Of a DNA stretch of 64,000 nucleotides, positions 34,077 through 46,280 are shown in pieces (positions within the stretch are counted from its first letter, which is position 1; each line of letters opens with the position of its first letter). Source of the stretch: Torpedo marmorata (lineage: Eukaryota); assembly GCA_977017645.1 (NCBI GenBank), contig OZ360229.1:103850001-103914000 (forward strand). The letters run 5' to 3'. Below the pieces are notes generated by a model, which was given only the letters and a program-made list of their open reading frames with translations, searched no databases and had not been told where the DNA came from. The position numbers were made by a program, and so were the translations under genes.

Positions 34077-34333
34077 CGCTCTCTCCCTCCTTCCCGCCCG
34101 CCCACCCGCTCTCTCTCCCTCCCGTTCGCTCTCCTGCCCACCTGCTCGCTTGCTCTTGCCCGCACTCTCCCCGCCCGTTCGCTCTCCCCGCCCGCTCGCT
34201 CACTCTCGCCCGCTCTCTCCCCATCCGTTCGCTCTCCCCGTCCGCCCGCTCGCTCGCCCGCTCTCTCCCCGCCCGTTCGCTCTCCCCGCCCGCTCACTCG
34301 CTCTCGCCCGCTCTCTCCCCGCCCGTTCGCTCT
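34077..34333. repeat. Pyrimidine-rich minisatellite
   Basis: Repeated ccccgcccgttcgctct / cgctcgcccgctctct units. Confidence 0.9.
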
Positions 34334-34342
34334 CACCAACAG

Positions 34343-34583
34343 TGCTTTGAGGGGAGCGTGGGCCTCGATGATCAGCCTTTGTTTGACGAGCACAGACCCT
34401 CGAGCAAATTGAATGAGGCGCGGGGGCGGGTGGCAGTGAGCGAGCGGCCTGTTGAGCTGAGCTTGACAGGCCGCTCGTTCACTGCCACCCACGCCTCATT
34501 CAATCTGTTCGGGGGGCCGTGCGCGTCGAACAAAGACTCAGCGTGGAGCCTGATCACCGACGCCCAGCGCTCCCCTCAAAGCA
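34343..34583. repeat. 241-bp imperfect inverted repeat (hairpin)
   Basis: Arms tgctttgaggggagcg.../...cgctcccctcaaagca pair inward to ggcctgttgagct-g-agcttgacaggcc, centred near 34459. Confidence 0.88.
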
Positions 34584-35068
34584 AGCGATCGATTGTCTGC
34601 TCCCTGCGACGGTGGGCCTGGGCCCTGCCCGTTGTCCTGGCTTCTCTCCCTCCCACCCTCACGCGCCCGCAGGTCCCGGCACACCTGTCAATCAATTAGT
34701 GTTTGGACGGTGGGGGGGGAAGCAGCCTGAGCCTCGGCGTGCGGCGGGCAGGAGGACATGTTGCTGCTGTGAAGGTAAATACATTAAAACAATTTTTTCC
34801 TGAAATATCACGCTAAAAATGGCCGGGGGGGGGTCCTATATGCCAGTGGGTCCTTTGTGCTGTCAAATACGGTACATATTAATAAGCTTTAGTCTCATCT
34901 GTAATTGACTTCTTTGCTAAATATTGCTGATAATGTCTTCTGATTGGGAAATGATAATTAAATTTTGAAGCCTTAATCTATATCATAGTCCAGTGACTTC
35001 CCTCTGTTTGTAAGTAACAGGACTTTCCATTTCATTACATTAGTTCTACATTATCAAGCCTCTGTGTA

Positions 35069-36618
35069 TCAAGGGTAGATAAGTCTCCCGGACCGGATGG
35101 AATGAAGGAGGTTTCTGCAGAGATTGTGGAGGCATTGGTAATGAACTTCCAGGAATCAATGGATTCTGGCATGGACCCAGAGCACTGGAGAATCGTGAAT
35201 GTCACTCTGCTGTTTAAGAAGGGAAGGAGGCAGCAGAAAGGAAACTATAGAGCTATTAGTCTGACTTCGGTGGTTGGGAAGGTGTTGGAATCAATTGTCA
35301 AACATGAGGTTACGGAGTACCTAGAACAGCATCACAAGATAGGTCCAAGTCAGCATGGTTTCCTTAAAGGAAAATCATGCCTGACAAACCTACTACATTT
35401 TTTGAGGAGATAACAAACAGGATAGACAGGGGAGAAGCAGTAGATGTTGTGTACTTGGACTTTCAAAAGGCCTTCGACAAGGTGTCACATATGAGGCTGC
35501 TTAACAAGATGAGAGCTCATGGAATTACAGGAAGGATATTAGCATGGGTAGAGCATTGGTTAATAGGCAGGAAGCAAAGTGGGAATAAGGGGATCCAATT
35601 CGGGTTGGTTGCCTGTTACTAGTGGTGTTCCGCAGGGGTCAGTGTTGGGGCCACTTCTTTTTACGTTGTATATAAATAATTTGGATAATGGTATAGATAG
35701 CTTTGTGGCTATATTTGCGGATGACATCAAAATAGCTGGTGGTGCTGAGGACACGGAAAGGCTGCAGAGAGACTTGGATAGATTGGGAGAATTGGCAAAG
35801 AGATGGCAGATGAAATACAATGTTGGGAAGTGTACAATCATACACTTTGGTACAAGAAATAGACGGGCAGACTATTATTTAGATGGGGAGAAAATTCAAA
35901 ATTTGGAGATGCAAAGGGACTTGGGAATCCTCGTGCAGGATACCCTAAAGGTTAACCTCGAGGTTGAGTCGGCAGTGAAGAAAACGAATGCGATGTTGGC
36001 ATTCATTTCCAGAGGAATAGCATACAAGAGCAGGGATGTAATGATGAGACCCTATAGGGCGCTGGTGAGACCTCATTTGGAGTACTGTGTACAGTTTTGG
36101 GTGCCTTATTTGAGAAAGGATTGGAGAGGGTTCAGAGAAGATTTACCAGAATGATACCAGGAATGAAAGGGTTAGCATATGAGGAACATTTGTCGGCTCT
36201 TGGACTGTACTCGTTGGAGTACAGAAGGATGAGGGGGGACCTCATAGAGACATTTCAAATGCTGAAAGGCCTGGACAGCATAGATGTGACAAAGTTGTTT
36301 CCCATGGTGGGGGAGTCTAGGACAAGAGGCCACAATTTCAGGATAAAAAGGCGTCAATTTAAAACAGAAATGCGGAGAAACTTCTTTAGCCAGAGGGTCA
36401 TGAGTCTGTGGAATTTGTTGCCACAGGCGGCAATGGAAGCGAGGTCCTTGGGTGTATTTAAGGCAGAAATTGACAGGTATTTGATGAGACAGGGCATCAA
36501 ACGTTACGGGGAGAAGGCCGGGGAGTGGGGCTGAGTGATAAGGATCAGCTCATGATTAAATGGCAGAGCAGACCTGACGGGCCGATTGGCGTACTTCTGC
36601 TCTTATATCTTGTGATCT
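35069..36618 (+). mobile_element. 5'-truncated CR1 LINE (RT to 3' UTR)
   Basis: DKSPGPDG, NYRAISLTS, DFQKAFDKV, GVPQGSVLGP, IFADD and RNFFSQRV; tail ttctgctcttatatcttgtgatct. Confidence 0.92.
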
Positions 36619-37531
36619 CTGCTTCACTGATAGATGCCCGGAGTATAGATACACTCCATCTGCCTCATTCTCAATTCTAAGGGATTCAGTAGATTGCATT
36701 ATGTTACTGATGAAAAAGTTTTCAAGATATTTTTTCAAATGCAGTTCATTATTTGAATTATACTCTCAAGAGTTTTTAATCAATCATACCTATATAGACA
36801 AGCCGTCAGTTCCATTGATAGAATGTCTCAACATTTAAGTAATGCAATTTTTTTTTTACATCTTTAAGAATGAACAAGTAATAAGACTTGTAATTAGTGA
36901 TTGGATCACATAGACACTGTTTCAAAAAGAAAAGGATTGCATGCTGAGCGGATTTCTCAGATATTGACAGATCCAGACAAAGGCAGAGTGATTTCTATGC
37001 TAATAAGGCAACAGCCATATTGATGGACTCAGTTGCTCACAAGTTAACAAAAAACTTACATAGATGAATGGGAAGGTTTGGAAAATGTACATTGAGATCA
37101 TAATATGTAATGAACTCACATCCATCTGAATGGAACAAAACTCACGCTATTGACAATCATGATTCCCAGGTTCCCATGCTGTTGATTGCCTAAGTACAAT
37201 GTCATTGGTGCTATTTTGTGAATAGCAAACTCCAAGCAAGCTTTCATCAATTAAGATAGTCTGCACCATATACAGACAAACAAATTGTGGCCTTCTATCT
37301 TATGTTAAATAAGAATAGTGCAAATGTTGCTTGCGGCAGTCAAGAAAGAGACAGGAGTATAAATGTTAATGATCACTATGACTCACATTGGCTCTATTAT
37401 GCAGCTGCAGTTGTGGCTGTGTTGCATGGTCCTTTGCTTAAAGACTTTTGTGAAGTGGAGTTGGCTCATCTATTCTTCCTTGTTGAGTTGCATATTGAAG
37501 AGATAGGAGATTGAACACCAATAGTGGATAG

Positions 37532-38977
37532 TGTTACAAATTCAAACCAGCAACGACAGAAGACACAATGCAAAAGGGGTCAAATTGAAATTTATATTTG
37601 TTAAAGACAATTAAAGATATAATTTCATAACAATTAACTCCANNNNNNNNNNNNNNNNNNNNNNNNNNNNNNNNNNNNNNNNNNNNNNNNNNNNNNNNNN
37701 NNNNNNNNNNNNNNNNNNNNNNNNNNNNNNNNNNNNNNNNNNNNNNNNNNNNNNNNNNNNNNNNNNNNNNNNNNNNNNNNNNNNNNNNNCCCTCATGTAA
37801 AAATGGAAAATCTTCCCCAAAACTCCCAGGTCAGTCATAAAAATAAGTCAGTCCCAAAAATACAGTCCACAAAAATCACTCTCTATGTTCAGGGTCCAAA
37901 TTCAGCTCTGTGCGCTGGCATGAAGGACTTCTTAATGAACGTTGGAGAGAGAGACAATGACTGTTTAAGCTTATGAATTCTTGGCCTGCTTTCCTTCCCT
38001 GAAGACTTTCCCTTTTGGTAGGTGCACGAGGATTGCGATTCCAAAATTAGTATACCACTGATTGAGGCGTATACTTGGATCTCACAGCCTGTCTCGCTGA
38101 TCTCACGCCTGTTCTCCATGAAAGTTGCTTTATCTCAGGAGTTTGCTGATACAGGAGGCCATGTGCTATTCTTCCAGCTTTTTTCACTGGAATGCACAAG
38201 CCTCTGGTTTTGCTGTGTTGTCCCAGCCTTTTGCAACTCCAAACTCGATGCTTTTTGCAGAGATTTGCACCTGCTTTTGCAAAAGTGCAACAAAGTATCT
38301 TTCCACCGCCTGTCTCTCTCTCTCTGTCTCTCTCTCCCCAAAACCACCAGGTCAGTCATAAAAATAAGTCAGTCCCAAAAATACAGTCCACAAAAATTAT
38401 TCTCGATGTTCAGGGTCCAAATTCAGCTCTGTGCGCTGGCATGAAGGACTTCTTAATGAACGTTGGAGAGAGAGACAATGACTGTTTAAGCTTACGAATG
38501 CTTGTCCTGCTTTCCTTCCCTGATGACTTTCCATTTTGGTAGGTGCACGAGGATTGCGATTCCAAAATCAGTATACCACTGATTGAGGCGTATACTTGGA
38601 TCTCACAGCCTGTCTCACTGATCTCACGCCTGTTCTCCACGAAAGTTGCTTTATCTCAGGATTTTGCTGATACAGGAGGCCATGTGCTATTCTCCCAGCC
38701 TTTTTTACTGGAATGCACAAGCTTCTGGTTTTACTGTGTTGTTCCAGCCTTTTGCAACTCCAAACTTGATGCTTTTTGCAGAGATTTGCACCTGCTTTTG
38801 CAAAAGTGCAACAAAGTATCTTTCCACAGCCTGTCTCTCTCTCTGTCTCTCTCTCTGAGCACACCCAGTCCTGGGCAAGTTAACTCTTTCAGTACCTGGT
38901 CCCAGTCTGTATTGCAAAATACTTCATCCTTCCTGCTGACCGTCCACAGTCCAAATGGTCAGTCATGGTCCGTAACA
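37532..38977 (-). mobile_element. Solo LTR (same family as 4299-5167) with a 521-bp internal tandem duplication; spans the assembly gap
   Basis: TGTTA...TAACA with TSD ATAG (37528-37531 and 38978-38981). Repeat units are 37815-38335 and 38336-38856. Confidence 0.9.
37643..37789. other. Assembly gap (147 N)
   Basis: Run of N covering the position of the (CA)n tract seen in the sister LTR. Confidence 0.99.
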
Positions 38978-40234
38978 ATAGAGTTTCCTGTTAAGACCTC
39001 TTCTCCCACTAAACCCCTGCCCTTTCTGGCAGGCTGCACAGTTCAGACACTTTGCTCATTCATTTTATCTAATACTCCAAGAGGAATAATAAGCAAGGCA
39101 CTTATGTCTGAGCACAGAGTTATGCTGAAATTTTAAAAGGTATATGATTGTTTAGGCTGCCACTCCACTACCTGCAGACTTCACAAACTTCATTGAGGTT
39201 AGCAATGGCAAACAGTGCCCTGGTCTATAAATCAGTTCACAACAAACCAACAAGTAAATGGTGACATATTGAAATAGTAGAACTTGAGATTGAATAAGGT
39301 GTGGTCACCTGTTACTGGACTATCAGTGCAAATTGAATAGATGGCATTAACTGAAATTAAGTGAAATGTTCAGGTGTAATCTGGCAGCATTGGCATCAAA
39401 TCAACATGGCACACAATCTGTCTACATCACATACTTCTGGTAACTAAGAGCACTGTAAGCAACAGCAGCATTCCCAACATGACCAACACATGCCATATTG
39501 GATCTAACCTGTCATCTGCAATATCCAATGTCCTTGAGCCCAATTTGCCATGGCATATGTATAAAAATTTGCAGTAGAAATTTGTGACATTTGTAATATG
39601 AGGGGTGGGTGATACAGCATTACCAATCAAGCTTGTCTGTATACAATCAAAGGACACATTTAATCAGCAATGCTCTTTGATTTATGCTTCAGTTAACATG
39701 ACCACCTTTAAAAGTTGAATAACAGAACGCATCATATCGTATTTTTATGAATAAGGTCGACATAAAACAGATGCAATCCCATAAATAATACAGCTAAATT
39801 ACTTCAAAACTTAGTTATTTTACTTTATAATGAAGTAAGAAGTGTTGATATATGGAATATTTGCCTGCACAATATGCAGGTTTTATAAAAATCATTTTTG
39901 AAAATGCATCAAATCTCCATTTTATATTTTCCAAATTCTTTTCATTGCAAATTGTGTCTGTTTCCATTTTGCCTGCAACAAAATTATCTGTAACAAAGCC
40001 TCAAGAGTAAAGACTGCCAAAAGTCACAGCTGGAAAAAACATGAAGTACGCCTAGAGGAGTTGTACATAATTTTGAGCAAATTTTTATCGGAATCATATG
40101 TCTATGAACAAAAAAATGTCATTTTTAATAGGACATTGCTAAAATCCTGTTATGCCTGCCTCACTCTATTAAAATTTCACCAAATAGAAGAGAAGAATTA
40201 TTATTTGTTTTTTAATCCGCATTCGACTGGTTTC

Positions 40235-40840
40235 AGAATCTGAATCAGGTTTATTGTCATGAACACATGTCACGAAATTTGTTGTTTTGCGGCAGCATTA
40301 TTGTGCATTATGGTTGCAAAATTGCAAGAAATTATGGTTCTGTAAATACAATAATTAAAAATAAATAATTAGTGCAAAAAAATAAAAAAGTGAGGTAGTG
40401 TCTATAGGTTCATTATCCGTTCAGAAATCTGATGGCGGAGAGGAAGAAACTGAATTTGTAACATTGGCGTGTGTGTCTTCAAGCTCCTGTACCAGCTTTC
40501 TGATGGTAGCAGTGAGAAGGGGGCATGGCCTGGGTGGTGAGGGTCCTTGATGATAGATGCTGTTTTCTGGAGACACCGCTTCTTAAAGATGTCCTTAATG
40601 GAATGAAGACTAATGACCATGATGGCGCTGGCCGAGTTCACAACTCTGCAGCCTTTTCCTGTCCTGTGCATTGGCACCTCCATACCAGACAGTGATGCAA
40701 CCAATCAGAATTCTCTCCACGGTACACCTGTAGAAATTTGCAAGAGTCTTTGGTGACATACCAAATCTCCTCAAACTCCTAACGAAATATAGCCACTGGC
40801 AAGCCTTCTTCATGATTGCATCAGCATTATGGCCCCAGGA
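40235..40840 (-). mobile_element. Rex1/Babar-type LINE 3' fragment
   Basis: KKACQWLYFVRSLRRFGMS...ITVWYGGA and KDPHHPGHAPFSLLPS, with the tail at 40235. Confidence 0.88.
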
Positions 40841-41544
40841 TAAAATTAGCCAAGATTTCATTCTTGTGGCCGCTAAAGGTGTTCCTCGGGTGCAGGGCAA
40901 TGAATAACAAGGACGAAATCATTTACCTTTCATCTCTAAAATTTCGTCCTGAATTCAGCATAACTGAATAAACCTCCAGTGTCTATTTCAACTCCATGTA
41001 TTCACGTATTATGAGTTAAGGGGCAATATCCACACTGCTCAGAACAGGAAAATTCCAGTCAAAAACTATCCCCTATTTGGCAAAATGAGTGTTAAACTAC
41101 ATCCTCTACTCACCAAGTCCACAAAAATATTGAGCACAAAAATTAATAAGTGCAATCTTCTGCAGTGACAGATTAGACTCTATTAAGAGGGAGCAGGGAA
41201 AGTTTTGCTCCTTAGTATTGTGCCTGACCTGGAATGTTTCAGCCTGACAATGGTTACCACAAGTGGAAGCACCTGTCAATCATGTACATTCATGGCTCAG
41301 TGTTTCCTGACTGTTTTCCCATATTGCCAATGAGAATAAAGGCAGCTGGGCCAAGGTTAGCTAACATCACCCACCAAGGATGGCCATCGATTCTGCTGAA
41401 CTATATGAAGCTTGACGAAGGTGACTGTAGAAATTACATTTCTATTCTATCACCAAGAGTACCTATTTCTACCTGCTTAATACCACCCTACTCCATTCTA
41501 CCCAAGTTCATTTGCTACTAAAACCCTTTTTCATGCCCTTGGGA

Positions 41545-41940
41545 GACCACCTAGGAACACCGGGTGCTATAGTTTTCTGTGAGGGGCGCTGGACAAAGTA
41601 GTGACCCTCTGTCTGCCTTATGGTAGACAAAAATTAAAGAATTTCATGTATGTTACTGATGAGCCCATCAATAACTTCAAAAGACTAGAAGTTGTACTTG
41701 AACTGAAAGGCTTTTATTAGCAAAAGAGTGGAGCTACATCCGTGCTGGTAATCTGTCCCAGACTGGGGGAGGAGTGGTGGCACAATGGCCTTTATTCAGG
41801 GGGTCTGTGGGAGGAGCCACCAGGACAGTCAGCAGAGGGCATGTCCAGACATATTACCCAGCCCAAAACCTATACATAGTGGTTTACCAGTTACATTCTA
41901 AATGTAGTATTACGTGACAATAATGGAACCTTTACCTTTA
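41545..41940 (+). mobile_element. 3' fragment of a non-coding retro-element related to 6192-6947, interrupted by a solo LTR
   Basis: Shares tctgtctgcctta...gaattt..tgta...tgacaataa and ends in an (accttt)n tail. Confidence 0.5.
41657..41889 (-). mobile_element. Solo LTR of the Gypsy A/C family
   Basis: Highly similar to 11573-11807, with TSD GTTAC (41652-41656 and 41890-41894). Confidence 0.93.
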
Positions 41941-42890
41941 ATCCTCCTTGACTTGATGACTCCGATGCCCATCTGGAAGGCCTCCCTTATTCTACTCTCC
42001 ATAATCTTGAAAGTCACCCAAAGCAACGTAGCTTGTAGCTTGGAATTATTAGCAAGTATTGGCAGCTAAATATTGGCTAAATGAAGGGGAGATAAAGCAG
42101 GAGAGAAATGAAGTTGCATCATATGGAGCTGATGCTGAGCTGGGCATAGGGCCATGCAGAAACTGAATGCTGTAATAAACTCAAGGCTATGAAGATGGAC
42201 AGGACTAACTGAAAGTTGTATGGGTGGGCCAGGACGTTGTCAGCTATTAAAGGTGTGGTCCAACAGTTTATAAAGTAATCTGGCTAGTTTTTCTTCTTTG
42301 AAAATAAGACATTAATCAAAAGAGAAATTGCCAAAAGAGATTTCACCAGACAAGAAGTCAGTGATGAGAACAACATCTAATAATTTGAAACAGATTATTG
42401 CAAATTTGGACAAACTGTTCAAAATAAATTACTTTTATCATACAAATTTACAGGAAGAATATGTTCAGTGCAAGGATTTTTCTTTGGGATTGGGATTTCT
42501 TCTGGTCATTATTTGTGTAGAACATAAACAAAAGTAAAAGATGTTTACCATTTGTTTCTTAAATAGAATGATGGGAATCTTCCATTTTCCCCACCATCAC
42601 CACTCACCAGCAGTCCCAGGTTCAAAAAGTATTTTGTGACTGTATATGAAATGAAGGGGAAAAATGCACAAAAGCATTAATAATCCATTCAGAAAAAGTA
42701 CTTCATTACAAATTGTCACAAGGTTTAATTAAAAACATGAGTGAGCAAGGTTGCACAAAACAGTAAGTTGGAACAAGTTAGCAAAGTTATGTTTTGCAAG
42801 GTAGGAAATTATAAAGATATATGATCATGATCTTTCAAGTCAGGTGCAAACCAAGGTCAACTGAACAAATTTTCCCAAACAATCCTTATG

Positions 42891-43112
42891 GTAAAAACAT
42901 GATGCTGGAGAAACTCAGCAGGTCAAACAGTGTGCTTTATGTAGCAAAAATAAAGATACATAACCGTACATACCTTGATGAAGGCCTCAAGCCTGAAACG
43001 TTGGTTATGTATCTTTATCTTTGCTGTATAAAGTACACTGTTGTACCTGCTCAGTTTCTCCAGAATTGTGTTTTACTTCAATCACGGTGTCTGCAGACTT
43101 TCGTGTTTTACT
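42891..43112. mobile_element. Penelope-type foldback element with a hammerhead-like core
   Basis: Inverted arms at about 42891-42965 and 43003-43076. Core catacc-ttgatga-aggc ctcaa gcct-gaaa-cgtt-ggttatg at 42969-43009. Confidence 0.7.
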
Positions 43113-43171
43113 CCAGACAGCCTTTTGGACTTGATAGAGTAAGAACCTGGGAACAAACAAGAATCTGTAAA

Positions 43172-44410
43172 GTCAAGTCAAGTTTATTATCATCCGATTG
43201 TACAAGTACAACCCGACAAAACAACATTCTTCGGTCCTCGGTGCAAAACACAGAGACACACAACCAGACATAACACACATACAGACAAACAATAGATATG
43301 CAGGACAAATGTTCATATATACAAATAAATAAATAAATATTGTTTCATGTATATGAGAGTCTCGGATAGTTAGTGTGATCATTTCCTTTGGTCATTCAGT
43401 ATTCTCAATGTCCGTGAGAAGAAGTTGTTCCTCAGCCTGGTGGTGCTGACTCTGAAACTCCTATATCTCTCTCCTCATGGGAGCAGCTGAAACGTGCTCT
43501 GTGGGGGTGGAAGGGGTCCTCAATGATTTTGCATGCCCTCTTCAGACAAAGGTCCCGGTAGATCACGTCAATGGGGAGAGGGGGGGAGGGGGAGGGAGAC
43601 TCCAGTGATCCTCTCTGCCACTTTTATGATCCCGTGGATTGACCTCCGATCAATTTCTCTGCAGCAACTGTATCACACTGTGATGCAGCCGGCCAGGACG
43701 CTCTCAATAGAGCTCCTGTAGAAGGTTGACATAATGGTGGCCGGTAGCCTTGCACACTACAGACTTCTGCAGAAGTGCCATCGCTGTTGCGCCTTCCTGA
43801 CAAGTGAGGAGATGTTGAGTGCCCACGATAGGTCACTAGTTAAGTGAACTCCACTACAGAATTGTTGATGTGTAGTGGAGGGGGTCATTCCTGATCCCCC
43901 TGAAGTCCACGATCATCTCCTTCGTCTAGTCCACGTTGAGACTCAGGTTGTTATTGTCGCACTATATTACAAGATTTTCCACCTCTTCTCTGACGAGCGA
44001 CCCATCGTTGTTGCTGATGAGGCCAACTTCTGTAGTGTCATCTGCAAATTTGATGACACTTTTGGAGCTGGATCTGGTGATGCATTCGTGGGTAAGTAGC
44101 GTGAACAGGAGCAGGCTGAGCACACAGCCCTGAGGTGCGCCAGTGCTCAGTGTGATGGTGCTCTACGTTCTGCTACCGACCCGGACACACAGTGTTCTTT
44201 CCATTAGGAAGTCCAGAATCCAGTTAAAGAGAGGGGTGTTGTCCCAGCAAGAACAGCTTCTCCACCAGCCTCTGGGGAATGATAATATTTAAACACCGAG
44301 CTGAAGTCAATGAACAGCAGCCTGGCGTATGAGGCGTCGTTCTCTGTGTGGGTCAGGACGGAGTGAAGGGGCAAGGCTACAGCATCGTCTGTGGAATTTG
44401 CCCACCAGCC
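43172..44410 (-). mobile_element. Rex1/Babar-type LINE fragment (different subfamily), degenerate
   Basis: [11 protein letters not shown]...[11 protein letters not shown] plus GAPQG and KFADD equivalents; (gtcaa)n tail at 43172. Confidence 0.85.
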
Positions 44411-45683
44411 TTCAGACACTAGGTGTAACTCTCAAGGATACAGAGCTCAATTTGGAATCACATTATATCTTATAGTTACTAAACCGAATTTAACTGTTGC
44501 CCAGGATTCTTTGAGTCATCTTAATGTTCTCTTTCTAATGAAGGTCACATTCTCTTATCATAAAAGCTGCAAATGCTGAAAACACCAAGTGGCACTAATG
44601 TTTTCACGCTTTTTTTTGTTCATTTTGTTGATAGATTATTTAGTTCCATTGATATGATAATGCTTTACCACCGTGAGAGACAAATGACAGTTTCATTTTT
44701 GCGGTATCAATGGTTATATATTTGAAACAGAGGAAAATACATGATTTCAGAGAGAGAAATTAAATGAAATTTGTCTTCGATTGTTTTAGCAAAAATCCAG
44801 CAAGCAAATGGCCTTGTTCTCTGTTGTAAGCTGCCACAGATGTACTACTACACCATTATAACCACAGCTTCTACCAACCAAAGATACAAAAACAAAGTCT
44901 GATCTCAGTGATACCAAAAGAAATGTGCCCACAGTCAAAACATTTTCCAGCAACCAGAATTGTGCTGATGATATATATAATGGCAGGTCTTTCAAGATTT
45001 TGAGGATAACTTTAAAATGTATTACCAAAATACTACAAAAATATAACATAACTATTGGTAAGACAACTTAATATCTGGATGGGATGACAGCTGTGTTTAT
45101 CGTTCGTGTGTTTGAAGAAGTATAAAATGCTAATCTCATAGAGGAAGTGAGGTCCATTGCAAGAGGAATGGAAATATGGGAGTCATGGCTAATTTGGGAG
45201 TAATTAATGCAGAACGTTGCAAACATTTCATTTTATAGCATTGCATTCATTCAACTTGATGCATGTACACCAAAAAGAAATAAGTAAGACCTAATTGGGT
45301 CCATTTGTGGCCAGCTTCCAGCCACCATCTGTTCAAATCTGACATTCTTAGAAGCAGCTGAACCATTTATAAAAGAACGATTGGGCACAATTTTCCTCTG
45401 CTCACACCATTCTCACTTCTCAGGGATAATAACTGTCAGAGACCAATTGCAACAAGTCTCCAAACATATACATTACACAGGGATTTCTTGGAGTAATTCT
45501 GTGAATGATAAGGTGGGGTGCTGGGGTAGGAAATAGCCAGAGCCACAAGAAGCATGAGCAAAGTTCAGCAATGCAAATGAAATTGGCGGAGTGCCCAGAA
45601 GAAAAGAGCCTCTGCTTTTGCAACCCGAACTGGTCATTTCTTGGCAGGACCTGTTAGAGTTAAACAGCAGTTATGCAAGCATA

Positions 45684-46262
45684 GAGTGGAAAAAGTAGCC
45701 CCTCTGTCTCTCTTAAATCTCTCCCCTCTCACCTTAAACCTACGCCCTCTAGTTCTAGAATCATCTACCCTGGGAAATACACTGTGAGCATTCACTCTAT
45801 CTGTGCCTCTTAAGTTCTCATAAATTTCTATAAGGTCACCCCTCAGTCTTCCACACTCCAGGGAATAAAGATCCAGGCTATCTGATGTCTCCCGATAACT
45901 CAAACAATCCAGTCCCAGTAATATCCTGATGAATCTCCTCAGCACCCCTTCCAACTTATTGATATCCTTCCTATAGCTGGGTGATCAGAACTGCACACAG
46001 TACCCCAAGTGTGGTGTCACCAACACCTTGTACAGGTGCATCACAAAGTCCCAACCTTTGTACTCAATACTCTGCCCAATGAAGGCAAGCATGCCATACA
46101 CCTTCTTCACCACCCTGTCCATCTGAATCACCACTTTCATGGAACTATGCATCTGTATTCCTAGGCCTCTCTGTTCTACAACACACTCCTGGGCCCTGCC
46201 ATCTACTGTGACAGTCCACCCTTGTTTGACTTACAATACTGAGTGCAATACCTCATACATTT
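45684..46262 (-). mobile_element. CR1 LINE fragment
   Basis: ORF 45634-45954(-) encodes RRFIRILLGL..LYSLE..RLRGDLIE..SRTRG. Confidence 0.85.
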
Positions 46263-46280
46263 ATCTGATTCTGTTCCTAT

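Larger units (their letters stand above)
33842..34872. mobile_element. Non-autonomous pogo/Tc1-mariner-type element (MITE-like, 1031 bp)
   Basis: TIRs CCGTATTTGACGGCATATAAGACC / GGTCCTTTGTGCTGTCAAATACGG with TA TSD at 33840-33841 and 34873-34874. The CCGTA termini resemble 22689-24536, and the interior is GC-rich with no transposase. Confidence 0.85.

Noticed and set aside
33839-34803. Several 130-250 aa ORFs on both strands
   Set aside because: They are low-complexity translations of a GC-rich minisatellite and hairpin with no domain motifs.
37889-39136. Repeated short ORFs (MENRREI..., also 4637-4879) as a small gene family
   Set aside because: They fall within copies of one LTR, use non-ATG starts and differ in frame and length.
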